Of a stretch of DNA of 19,026 bases, positions 1 to 8,914 are shown piece by piece. The DNA lies in the NCBI GenBank assembly GCA_019057795.1, contig JAHLWS010000050.1:1-19026 (forward strand), read 5' to 3'. Numbering within the stretch: position 1 is the first letter of the stretch; every line of letters starts with the position of its first letter. Under the pieces are notes generated by a model. The model ran no database searches, was not told where the DNA came from, and saw only the letters and a list, made by a program, of their open reading frames with translations. A program made the position numbers and the translations under genes. This DNA comes from Promethearchaeota archaeon. Its GTDB lineage: Archaea > Asgardarchaeota > Lokiarchaeia > Sigyniarchaeales > SOKP01.

Positions 1-50
1 TAGAAACTATTGGGATTGAGGTTAAATATTAAAATAATAAATCTATAAAT

Positions 51-887
51 TTGGAATTCTCGGAAGGGTTAAGTCAATGTATTGATTATCTTTCTTCCTT
101 TAAATATGTTGGTTTGTGTTACAGAACTGGAAAAATTAGACAGCATTTGGAAAATATTTGTAATGTATTAACTATTAATAGAATAACTATAGATCTAAAA
201 AATTCTGTAATAAAGTTTCCAAATGAATTAATTGAATGTAAATTTAATAATAAAGATATTTTAAAACATGTTTTATTAAGAAGTTCAATGATTCTTTCAT
301 TTTATGATGCATTCAAAGATAAAAAAATAGATTATGGTGAGTTCCGAGATGGTAGAGGGTGGTTAGCAGTAAATTTCAAGAATCACTTACAGATAAATAC
401 CAATTATAATTATGAAAATAATTATGTTAGTCTTGGGGTAAATTTAGAAAGAAAAAACCCTTTTAGGAATATAATAAAAAATATTACACGTAATGATATT
501 TTGAATCTAGAGAAGCTTTTCCAAGATTACCCTTATATGCAAATATATTTTTCTATAGATAGGAGAACTACACCAACAAAAGAAAATAAAAAGGAGTTAG
601 AAACAATATTTAAAGATTATTTAGATATGAAAATTCATTATTTAAATACTGGAAGAGAAGCTATTATATGGAAGGATCTAAAATTATCTGATATAGGGGA
701 TGAAAAAATAAAAATTCTTATTGAAATAATTAGAAAAACTCTTGAAAAAAAGCATTGGAGACCACATATAACAATTTATGTAAAATTGTGGAATGTAATT
801 AATAATAAGCAATGGCATATCAATAAAATAAATGAGGAAAAAAATAAGTTAATGAAATTCGTTAATTTCTTTGAAAAATTAGTCTAA
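51..887 (+). CDS. Hypothetical protein (278 aa)
   Basis: Long open frame in AT-rich DNA with a TTG start that is uncertain. No motif recognised. Confidence 0.6.
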   Translation: MEFSEGLSQCIDYLSSFKYVGLCYRTGKIRQHLENICNVLTINRITIDLKNSVIKFPNELIECKFNNKDILKHVLLRSSMILSFYDAFKDKKIDYGEFRDGRGWLAVNFKNHLQINTNYNYENNYVSLGVNLERKNPFRNIIKNITRNDILNLEKLFQDYPYMQIYFSIDRRTTPTKENKKELETIFKDYLDMKIHYLNTGREAIIWKDLKLSDIGDEKIKILIEIIRKTLEKKHWRPHITIYVKLWNVINNKQWHINKINEEKNKLMKFVNFFEKLV

Positions 888-1086
888 TTGTTTGCAATTT
901 TACATAACATTGAGCATATAGTCACATAATCATTTCACCAATATTTAACTGTTCATAAAATTATTATAATTACCTTATTTTATGAAAGAGAGAGGAATAT
1001 TAAAGTAAAAAATATAAAGTTAAGATTACATAATTTATCAGAAAAATAATATGTAAAAATTATATTATTGTAAGAAAGGAAGTATT

Positions 1087-1977
1087 ATGAAGAAATTTAT
1101 TCATAGGATTGTAACAGGACATGAAAAACAAGATATATATGCTGAGCAATTTTTAAGAACAAATGTGGTAGCAGTTGGATGGTCTGAGATAGGTAATATT
1201 ACTAATATGAAAAAGGGAGAATTAAAAAAAGTATGTAAAGATAAATTACCAAAAGGTGAGAATGTAAAAGAAGCTACAAGTGTGTTATCAAGGTTTAAAG
1301 ATAAGATAAAAATTGGTGATTATGTTATTGCTTATAAATCCCCCAATACTATAGTTGCAGTCGGTGAGGTTGTTAGTGACTACTTTTTTAATGACAAAGA
1401 CAAATTAGGTGATCCAAATGGACTACATTATGCCCATAAAAGAAGAGTTAAATGGAAAGAAAAACCACGCATATTTAACAGGAATTTTTTAAATGAAAAT
1501 TTAGGTTCAAAAGTATCACTTCCTGGAACACTTATAACATTAGAGTATGATATTGAAAATCTTGAGAAGGAACTTGAAAAAATACCTGAAGAAAAAGAGA
1601 AAGAAAAGTTGCTTGAGGTTGAAAGTGAAGAAAAAATAAGATTATATTACAAAAATAACATTAAGCAAGTTGGAAAAAGTTTCACATCGCTTGATGATAG
1701 AGAAACCTCTATTGGACAAGTTGATATTTTGGCTAAAGATGGAGATTTTTGGGTGGTAATTGAGGTAAAAAGAAATGCATCAGATTCATCAGTAGGTCAA
1801 ATATTAGGATATATGGGTGCAATAAAAAATGACAAGAAAACAGATAAAATTAGGGGAATAATCATTGCTGAAAGCTTTGATGATCGTGTAAAAATAGCAA
1901 GAGATTTTTTAAGAGATTCGAATATTAAAATAGCCTTATACAAATGCCGGTTAAAGTTTGAAGGAAAATTTATCTAA
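1087..1977 (+). CDS. Putative modification-dependent (type IV-like) restriction endonuclease: N-terminal Mrr/McrB-type PUA/EVE-like domain plus C-terminal NucS-type PD-(D/E)xK nuclease
   Basis: N-terminal VAVGW...IKIGDYVI...VGEVVSDY...HKRRVKW. C-terminal E...GQVDILAKD...VVIEVKR...VGQILGYMG...RGIIIAESFD. RBS AAGGA upstream. Confidence 0.75.
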   Translation: MKKFIHRIVTGHEKQDIYAEQFLRTNVVAVGWSEIGNITNMKKGELKKVCKDKLPKGENVKEATSVLSRFKDKIKIGDYVIAYKSPNTIVAVGEVVSDYFFNDKDKLGDPNGLHYAHKRRVKWKEKPRIFNRNFLNENLGSKVSLPGTLITLEYDIENLEKELEKIPEEKEKEKLLEVESEEKIRLYYKNNIKQVGKSFTSLDDRETSIGQVDILAKDGDFWVVIEVKRNASDSSVGQILGYMGAIKNDKKTDKIRGIIIAESFDDRVKIARDFLRDSNIKIALYKCRLKFEGKFI

Positions 1978-2324
1978 AAATAATATAAATAAACAGGTAA
2001 AAAATTATATTAGTTTTATTTTCCAAGCATTTAAAACCTTATATTCTCAATTATTACATAGTTTTTTAAAGAAGCTTTCTTACTACAAAAAAGTTTTGAT
2101 CCTCTTTAGTCAGCTCATAAAAAATATTAAGGAAAGCTTCTTTTTTAGTTGATTCAATTGTTAATTCTCATATACTTACTGAAAATTTTAAAGAAAGTAA
2201 AGAGTTAGGTAAAAAAGAAAAGAAAGTGCTAAAAAATGTTATGAATCAATTAAAGGAGATTGTATAGCATCAGAAACAATATATCTGTATCTGTTTTGTT
2301 CTTATTGTGAAAAAAATTCTAAGA

Positions 2325-2739
2325 AAGATTAAAAAAGTCTATTAAATAGACCCTCTCCAATGTCCTAAATGTAAGGGTTAGATGAAAGTCATTGGTTCTA
2401 TTACTAATTACTCTATGGTAGACAGAATCATTAATCACCTCAAGCTCACATTTATAGCAGAAAGACTACCTCCACGGCAACCCCCTCACCAGCGGCTTGA
2501 TATAGTAGCTTAGGAGAAAAGTGAATATTTCTGATAACTGAAAATGATTATCGCTCTTGGGGGTAAGTCTATATTATCCTGAGTTTTTTTCTTAGTTATC
2601 TATCTATTTGTAATTTTTTATTTATTTTCTGTGTTTGACAATCACTTTTTGTTGTGATATGTAATATAGAGCAGGTAAAATGATGAAATTTATAGGGAAA
2701 AATGAGGAAAATTGTGACAAAACCAAAAAAAATTCCTAT
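2325..2739 (+). mobile_element. IS91/ISCR-family (Y2 rolling-circle) transposase 3' remnant with oriIS-like end
   Basis: 2328-2534 translates to IKKVY*IDPLQCPKCKG*MKVIGSITNYSMVDRIINHLKL...PP, the CxxC-containing C-terminus typical of this family, with three in-frame stops. The element ends in AAATTCCTAT (2730-2739), like the TTCCTAT oriIS ends of IS91/ISCR. Confidence 0.7.
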
Positions 2740-2923
2740 AAATTTTAGAAATAAAACGACTAGAATATTTTCAAAAATTCTTTTAGATTATCTTTTTTAA
2801 TTTTAAATATTAATGTCATTGAAGATAACTACAACCTAAGAAAAGATAGTTTAAAACTCTTGCATATAAAATATAAATAGCTAGCGAGTTAAATCGAAGG
2901 TCTTTAAATTATGGAGAAGAAAA

Positions 2924-3712
2924 ATGTATCCTAAAATTTACATTGATTTATTTAGATCGTTTGATAGGACGCCAGAAGTATTTGTGGCAATGCCATTTTC
3001 TGAAGAATTTGAGCCACGATGGAAATCAATTTTTAAACCAGCCATCAAATCCTACAATTTAAAACCATATCGTGTTAAAGAACGCTTGGTTGGTGATTCG
3101 ATTCCAATCGATATTTTAAATGGACTTAATAGAGCAAAATTCTTGCTATTTGATATATCAAATGAAAAAACGGGAAAACCAAATTCAAATGTAATGTATG
3201 AATTAGGTATTGCTCACGCTACTCGGTTGCCAGAAGAAGTCATTATTGTCCGAGATGAACAATCTAAAGACATTCCTTTCGATATTAAGCATATTAGATG
3301 GAACAACTTTTCTCCCCAAAAAATTGACCAATCAGTGGGCAAAATAAAAAACCTTATTAAAAAGGCTGAAAAGGAGGTTGATTTAACTAAAGATTTATTG
3401 ATCCAAAAAACTCTGAACTCACTAGACCAAGATATGATGGGTTTCTTAGAGACTGTTCGAAATTTTACCGAAACAGGTTTTGACTTATACCCATTTGATC
3501 CAGATGGTAAGGGTCTTTATGGTCTACCTAATAAAGATTGTAGTGAAGAATATTTACTAGAACTCGCACGAAGCCTTATTAATCTTGGAATTATTAGAGG
3601 TGCAGAACCGCTTCCCTTACAGGAAAGGTTCTATGGAGTAACTCCTGAATATCATTTTACAGAGCTTGGTAAAGCCATTCTGCCGAAAATACCTAAATTT
3701 TCAAAAACATGA
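2924..3712 (+). CDS. Nucleoside 2-deoxyribosyltransferase-like domain plus C-terminal winged-helix-like domain; candidate defence effector
   Basis: VFVAMPF...AIKS...RV...I...IL..LNRAKFLLFDIS....PNSNVMYELGIAHA...IPFDIKHIR. C-terminal LINLGII...YHFTELGKAIL. RBS GGAG. Confidence 0.7.
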   Translation: MYPKIYIDLFRSFDRTPEVFVAMPFSEEFEPRWKSIFKPAIKSYNLKPYRVKERLVGDSIPIDILNGLNRAKFLLFDISNEKTGKPNSNVMYELGIAHATRLPEEVIIVRDEQSKDIPFDIKHIRWNNFSPQKIDQSVGKIKNLIKKAEKEVDLTKDLLIQKTLNSLDQDMMGFLETVRNFTETGFDLYPFDPDGKGLYGLPNKDCSEEYLLELARSLINLGIIRGAEPLPLQERFYGVTPEYHFTELGKAILPKIPKFSKT

Positions 3713-3816
3713 AGAAGTGAGTCTTAGAATATAACCAATCATAAATTCTATATCATAGTCAGACCTAAAATTAAGTATCTTTTATTTTATCTTTCATTTC
3801 CCTAAATGGATTCGGA

Positions 3817-3842
3817 ATTTCATATAACACATTTTTAGGCGA
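3817..3842. other. attI-like tyrosine-recombinase simple site
   Basis: Plus strand ATTTCATATAA-cacattt-TTAGGCGA. Minus strand reads GCCTAAA-AATGT-GTTATAT (L box, 5 nt, R box). Confidence 0.45.
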
Positions 3843-4073
3843 GGTATACCTAATGTCCAAGTTTATTTCCTCCTTTGTTCCCATAATTGTTTGATATATC
3901 AGGTATGTAGTGGTCCTAATTTATAGTTAGTCTCTTGAGGAAATTTTAAAATTCTCATATTTGTCTAGATAATACATTTTAAAATAATGGAAAGGAAAGA
4001 CTTGGAACTAAGCCATTAAGTTATTAAGTATTATGAGTTTTAACCTATTTTTTAATACTCCTACAACATTTAT

Positions 4074-4304
4074 TTGGATTTAAATAGAGTCAAGAATTTA
4101 CCAATCGTAGCAGTTGATCCAGATATTATTCCTTTATATTCAATAGTAGAAATAGAAAATCTGGGGGCTTTTATAGCATTAGATACAGATGGACTTATAA
4201 AGGGAAATAGAATTGATATTCTTTTTCCAACAAAAAAAGAAGCTATAAATTTTGGAATTAAAAAAGAAAGGGTAAGAATCATTAAGAAAGGTATTTGTAA
4301 TTAA
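4074..4304 (+). pseudogene. 3D (Asp-Asp-Asp) domain protein, probably N-terminally truncated; phage-type
   Basis: VAVDPDIIPLYS...ALDTDGLIKGNRIDI...AINFG. The usual N-terminal part is missing and DTGG appears as DTDG. Confidence 0.7.
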
Positions 4305-4372
4305 CACCAGTTTAAAGTTAACGGTATGTTAACACGCATCTTTAGATAGTGTCAATAGTAGATTAACTAAAT

Positions 4373-4627
4373 ATGAGTAAAAACTTGAAAAGAACCAAAA
4401 AATATGCAATTTTAATAATACGAAAAGAGAGAGGAATTTCACAACAAGAACCAGCTGACAAGCTAAATATTAATAGAGCTTTAATATCCCAAATAGAAAC
4501 AGGCTTTGTTTTACCAAACTTTGATACTTTATTAAATATAGCAAGAATACTCAATTGTCTAATAACTGATCTATATCGAAAAGAAGAAATTAATTTCATT
4601 AAAGAAATAAGAAATAAGGAGGATTAA
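4373..4627 (+). CDS. Cro/XRE-family helix-turn-helix regulator, possibly degenerate
   Basis: IRKERGISQQEPADKLNINRALISQIETG...P..DTL..IA..L. Pro occupies the usual QxEL-A leucine position. Confidence 0.8.
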   Translation: MSKNLKRTKKYAILIIRKERGISQQEPADKLNINRALISQIETGFVLPNFDTLLNIARILNCLITDLYRKEEINFIKEIRNKED

Positions 4628-5232
4628 ATACCTATATCACAAAAGGTAGGTTTAGATTATTTTCCATTAGATACTGATATGGAGAAAGACGATAAAATTA
4701 CTTGAATAGAAGCTAAATATGGGATTGTGGGTTTCGGTGTAATTATAAAACTATTTAAAAAAACCTATCATAGTGATGGCTATTATTGTAATTGGAATGA
4801 GGAAATACAATTACTCTTTTCTAAAAAATAGGAGTTGATTTTGAGAAAGTTATAGAAATTGTAAATGATGCAATTAAATGGAATTTATTTGATAACAAAT
4901 TATTTAAAAAACATAAAATACTTACTTCTAAGCGAATACAAAAAACATATATTAGTGTCACATATAGAAGAAAGAAAGTAGAAATTATAAAAGAATATAT
5001 AGTAAATGGAATAAATGATTACATAAATAAAGTAAATGTATACATAAAATCAATAAATGATAGCAATAATAAACAAAGTAAAGTAAAGAATAAATATATA
5101 CATATTTTAAATTTTTGGAACTTAAAAGAAATAATGAAACATAGACCATTAAAGCCAATTCTTAAACAAATAAAAATGGCTTATAAGAAACATGGAAAAG
5201 ATAAGATAATTAAAGCTATTGAAAATTGCTAA
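4628..5232 (+). pseudogene. DUF4373 (Lin1244/Lin1753-like) phage replication initiator, disrupted
   Basis: RBS AAGGAGG then ATA. Translates to GLDYFPLDTD...KI.*IEAKYG..GFGVIIKL...GYYCNW. TGA at 4703-4705 and a frameshift in the A-run at about 4823-4828. Continues LFD...ILTSKRIQKTY...QSKVK. Confidence 0.8.
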
Positions 5233-5335
5233 ACAATCTAAAAGAAGCCCTTTTTTTCTTAATTTATCGTGCTAAACAACCATAGCAGAGATAATATTTC
5301 TCCTGGCTCTTTTTATATATCGGAGGTTATTGTAT

Positions 5336-5483
5336 ATGTCATCAAATAAACCATCCCCACCCTGTAGATATCCCCTATGCCCAGAGCTTCAATATATTTT
5401 AGGTCACAAATATCTATCTTCTATACAGATTACACCCATATATAGCCTAAAGATCTACATAAAAAGCTAAGGAAGGATAAATA
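5336..5483 (+). pseudogene. Chimeric relic: phage HNH-endonuclease N-terminus joined to a tyrosine recombinase C-terminus
   Basis: GGAGG RBS, then MSSNKPSPPCRYPLCPEL (like the MPxKPxRPCxxPGCPxL start of phage HNH proteins) running into QYILGHKYLSSIQI-(frameshift)-YTHI*PKDL (integrase LGH...TQIYTH box). Confidence 0.5.
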
Positions 5484-5644
5484 AGAAAAGAAAGATGAAG
5501 ACTTAAAAAATTTAGTAGATCAACTGATTGAACAACAGAAACTAACTATGAAAGTCTTGGAAGCTATTACTGAAAGAATAAATAAGTAATTTATAAAAAT
5601 ATATTGTTAAATAGCTTTAACAAAAGATATATTCTTACTAAAAT

Positions 5645-5668
5645 ATTTCATATAAAAATAGTTAGGCG
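5645..5668 (+). other. attI-like site, start of the GIY-YIG gene cassette
   Basis: ATTTCATATAA-aaata-GTTAGGCG. GTTAGGCG (5661) complements, with one mismatch, the R'' box CGTCTAAC (6232) after the gene. The spacer is 1 nt shorter than in the other copies. Confidence 0.6.
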
Positions 5669-5683
5669 ATATTTTGTTTAGAG

Positions 5684-6181
5684 GTGAATACTAAGATGAA
5701 TAGACACAATCAAGTGAATTGTTGCGAGGATCTTTTTACCGAATTCAAGTTTCAGGATTTGCGAAGTGCTTCTCCACCAAATAAAAGGGGAGTATATGTT
5801 TTACGAGTCAAAAAAGAGGGCAGTTCTGTAAAAGAAATAGTTGAGCAACTAAAACAGCTTGTACAAAATCTTAACTGGACATTAGTTGAAAATTATATTC
5901 TTAATCGTATCAGCCGCCTTGAAAAGATAAATCAATGTCCAATAATATACATTGGTGCTGCAGGAACTCACAAAGACAGCAAAAATACTCTGAAAGGACG
6001 GTATAAAGAATTTTCTATGCGTCATACAGTAATGTATCCTATTTGGGCTTTGCTTTATTTTGGTTGGGAATTGGAATTTGGATGGAGGGAAGAAGATGAC
6101 CCAGGAAATGTGGAAAGTCAATTAAAACAAAAATATATAGAAAGACATAAAAATAAATTACCAGCTTTGGTTAAACAATGA
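5684..6181 (+). CDS. GIY-YIG-superfamily nuclease-like protein carried on an integron cassette
   Basis: GVYVL...IIYIGAAG...LKGRY...VESQL..KY...LP. Bounded by an attI-like site and an attC. Confidence 0.65.
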   Translation: MNTKMNRHNQVNCCEDLFTEFKFQDLRSASPPNKRGVYVLRVKKEGSSVKEIVEQLKQLVQNLNWTLVENYILNRISRLEKINQCPIIYIGAAGTHKDSKNTLKGRYKEFSMRHTVMYPIWALLYFGWELEFGWREEDDPGNVESQLKQKYIERHKNKLPALVKQ

Positions 6182-6231
6182 TGAAATACAAAACAAAATG
6201 CTGCCCCCTTACGGGACTTGCACTAACTGGT

Positions 6232-6314
6232 CGTCTAACACAGCATATATGGCTCTCTTCGTTAACCCAAATTTCAGCTTCGCCAAAACCTCGTATATAC
6301 TGAAAGCGTTATAT
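6232..6314 (+). other. attC integron cassette recombination site
   Basis: R'' CGTCTAAC, L'' region CAGCATATATG (6241), L' region CGTATATACTG (6292), R' GTTATAT (6308). Imperfect palindrome of 83 bp, 50 bp after the stop codon. Confidence 0.75.
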
Positions 6315-6416
6315 GAAATTTATATAGAAATAAGTCGATGCAATAATAAGAAGAGAAAAAAATACAGGATCAATAGTTACATAAAAGCAAGATTGAAATA
6401 ATAGAGAGTATCACAA

Positions 6417-6779
6417 ATGGAAAAACCAAGATATTTTTGTCAAGAATGTAATAAAGAATTAGAACCAGATCAGAAAGTGTGTCCGGTTTGTAAAAGTAGT
6501 AAACGTCTAATAAAGAAGAAATTAGAGGGAGAAATTAAACCAAGAGGCAGTATTGGAGCGAAACAGAAACGAAAAGGTTTTAAGAGACCTCTAAAAGAGA
6601 TTATTAAGGGTTGGTTTGAAAGCGGAGACAAAAAGAAACATCCTAAAGATGTTATAAAAGAAAGGGTAATTGATAGAGAAAAAGATATATATGAAGAAAA
6701 AGTAGTTGATATAAAAACAGGTAAAACTACTCGCGATATTAAAGAACCGCTAAGTAAACATGGGACAAAGAGGAAATAG
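6417..6779 (+). CDS. Zinc-ribbon-containing hypothetical protein
   Basis: CQEC...CPVC at the N-terminus, basic central part, C-terminal RVIDREKDIYEEKVVD...TG...EPLSKH. Lies directly after the attC. Confidence 0.7.
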   Translation: MEKPRYFCQECNKELEPDQKVCPVCKSSKRLIKKKLEGEIKPRGSIGAKQKRKGFKRPLKEIIKGWFESGDKKKHPKDVIKERVIDREKDIYEEKVVDIKTGKTTRDIKEPLSKHGTKRK

Positions 6780-6838
6780 AGAAGATTAAAAATAAATGAT
6801 TCATTTATTGATTTTTATTTTAGTATAATTATTTTATT

Positions 6839-8086
6839 ATGGGCCCAATTATTATATTTGATAAATCTACTTTACAAAGCCTGAGTGTTGATGAGTCTTG
6901 TTGGCTTGAAAATTTCTTCTTAACCAACTTAACGCCAATATTTTTTATTGAGTGTTTGGCAGATTTAGAAAAACTAATAAAAGGGAACAAGACGCCTCAA
7001 CAAATGGTTTATGAATTAGCGTTAAAAACACCCCAAAGTTGGTCTTATCCAAATGTATACCATCATAGATTAATAGTTGGCGATTTACTTGGTTACAAGA
7101 CTGAAATGTCAAACCGCCCCATTATAAGAGGTGGTAAATTTAAGGTCACAACTAATGGAAGACTAGGTGTTCATTTTAATCAATTTCCAGAAGCAGAAGT
7201 TATGCAAAGATGGCAAAATATGGAATTCTTGGAAATCGAGCATAGTATTGCTAAAGAATGGAGACAATCGCTATCAAATATCAGCTTTGATAGTTTTACA
7301 GGTTTGGTAAAAAATATTATCCCACAAGGAAAGAGGTTTAAAAGCCTAGAGGAGATAAAGAATTTTGTTGACTCTTTTGTCAAAGGAGACTATAAAGATC
7401 GTCTCCATTTGGCTTTCAAAATTTTGGGAATTCCTTCTCAATTTCAATTTCATATAATAAATAGATGGCTATATGAGAAATGCCCAACCCTAAATGATTT
7501 TGCTCCTTATGCTTCTTATGTGCTAAAAGTTGATTTGTTCTTTTATCTTAGCTTGTTATCAAATTTAATCTCTGGAGATAGACCAAGCAATAAGATAGAT
7601 TTAGCCTATCTTTACTATCTTCCCTTTTGTATGGTTTTTACATCAAATGACAAACTTCATAATAAAACAGCACCTCTTTTTATGGAAAAGGGGCAAGTTT
7701 TTATTAATGGTCAAGATCTAAAATCTAACCTAAGGGTGCTAGATGATTATTATTCAAAATTTCCTGATGAGGTCAAGGATCAAGGTATAATGAAATTTGC
7801 TGTTTATCCTCCAGAGAATATAGACAATTTGGTATCGCAACTTTGGGATAAGTTTTTACCAATTTGGCGAAAACACCTAGAAGAAAAAAAATCCAAGCCC
7901 CAATTGTCTGAGAAGTCTGAAAAAGAGTTGATCCAGAGTCTTAGAAGAGATCTGAATGAGTCAATTCTTTTAGATATGTCTGTACAAGCTACAACAAATG
8001 AGGCTGACCACGTTGTATTTAAAAGAGAGGTTAGAACAAAAAAAGGGAAATGGAGAATTTTACCGCCGGAAGTTGAAAAAAAATAA
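6839..8086 (+). CDS. Hypothetical protein, probable PIN-like fold
   Basis: N-terminal IIIFDKS, E in FFIECLAD and late NKIDLAYL..LPFCMVFTSNDK match the order of PIN acidic residues. Confidence 0.55.
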   Translation: MGPIIIFDKSTLQSLSVDESCWLENFFLTNLTPIFFIECLADLEKLIKGNKTPQQMVYELALKTPQSWSYPNVYHHRLIVGDLLGYKTEMSNRPIIRGGKFKVTTNGRLGVHFNQFPEAEVMQRWQNMEFLEIEHSIAKEWRQSLSNISFDSFTGLVKNIIPQGKRFKSLEEIKNFVDSFVKGDYKDRLHLAFKILGIPSQFQFHIINRWLYEKCPTLNDFAPYASYVLKVDLFFYLSLLSNLISGDRPSNKIDLAYLYYLPFCMVFTSNDKLHNKTAPLFMEKGQVFINGQDLKSNLRVLDDYYSKFPDEVKDQGIMKFAVYPPENIDNLVSQLWDKFLPIWRKHLEEKKSKPQLSEKSEKELIQSLRRDLNESILLDMSVQATTNEADHVVFKREVRTKKGKWRILPPEVEKK

Positions 8087-8650
8087 TAAAGATAAATTGT
8101 TGAATTATTTAACAAAACAGTATTTTCTTAAAAGAAAAGATATATTTATCTTATTAAAGTAATATAAGCATTCTTTTCAGGGGAAATGCTAAGGTTGAAA
8201 ATTTTTTAAATGGCCTACATTTTATAAAGATTTTTTAAAAAATTTTTTTTATATATTTCAATAGTAATTAATTCAAGATTAATTTAAGGTAGTTCATAAA
8301 TATATAGGCGTCAATACTTTTGAAAACTTTCTTAAAGTAAGGTTTTGATTCTTTTCCCAAAAAGAAGAATAATATAATGTCTACCTCTTTTATTCAATTT
8401 CTACCATCTGGTGGTATATTATACCTAAAATTTGCACTATAATTGCACTATGTGTGGTTAGGTTCATCTTCAGCTATTTCTTATCATTTATTTTATTAAG
8501 TAATCTATTTCAATCTGTTATTCTTTATAATGAATGTAGAATAATGTAAAGAACAAAAATAAATTATTGGAAGAGCAATTAACATACCACAGATATAGTT
8601 GGAGTAGAAAATTATTTAAAAAATAATATATTAAAAATCATTAAATTAAA

Positions 8651-8674
8651 ATTTCATATAAAAACAAGTTAAAA
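8651..8674 (+). other. Orphan attI-like simple site
   Basis: ATTTCATATAAA-AACAA-GTTAAAA. Same geometry as the attI1 core (CCCTAAA-ACAAA-GTT) and the sites at 15770, 16336 and 17076. Confidence 0.5.
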
Positions 8675-8914
8675 AGTTATATTTATTTTTATAATAGGGG
8701 TATAGTATATTAAATAGCTTTAGCCTTCGCTCCCTAAACTGTGTGAATCTGTTAATTTCTGCAGTATTGCATAAGGAGGTATATTTCTTATTTCATTATA
8801 TTATCAATTATTTTGATACTATTATTAAATAATAAATTCTCAATTAATACTTTTTACTTGTCTAAAAAATAAAATTTATACTATTATATAAATAATTAAT
8901 TTGATTATAAAACC

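Noticed and set aside
895-965. Possible attC after ORF 51-887 (TACATAAC...GCATATAG)
   Set aside because: Only an R''-like box is present; no matching L' or R' arm was found.
1958-2152. 64-aa ORF, plus the antisense ORFs at 4070, 4363, 5882, 7180, 7804, 12121, 12426, 14364, 17664, 17813, 18140 and 18701
   Set aside because: They show no motifs, and the antisense ones shadow better-supported genes, relics or attC sites.
4703-4705. TGA read-through or alternative genetic code
   Set aside because: Intact genes end in TGA (3712, 6181, 11083, 18464), and the relics also contain TAA/TAG stops and frameshifts.
6198-6401. 67-aa ORF
   Set aside because: It runs across the attC palindrome and is likely spurious.
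8185-8215. Candidate left att site (AAATGCTAA...TGGC, shared with 14221-14246)
   Set aside because: The match is short and AT-rich with different spacing, too weak to call a boundary.
8400-8602. NrdR-box-like motifs (GCACTATGTGTGGT, ACCACAGATATAGT)
   Set aside because: Several mismatches, no tandem spacing, and no ribonucleotide reductase gene nearby.
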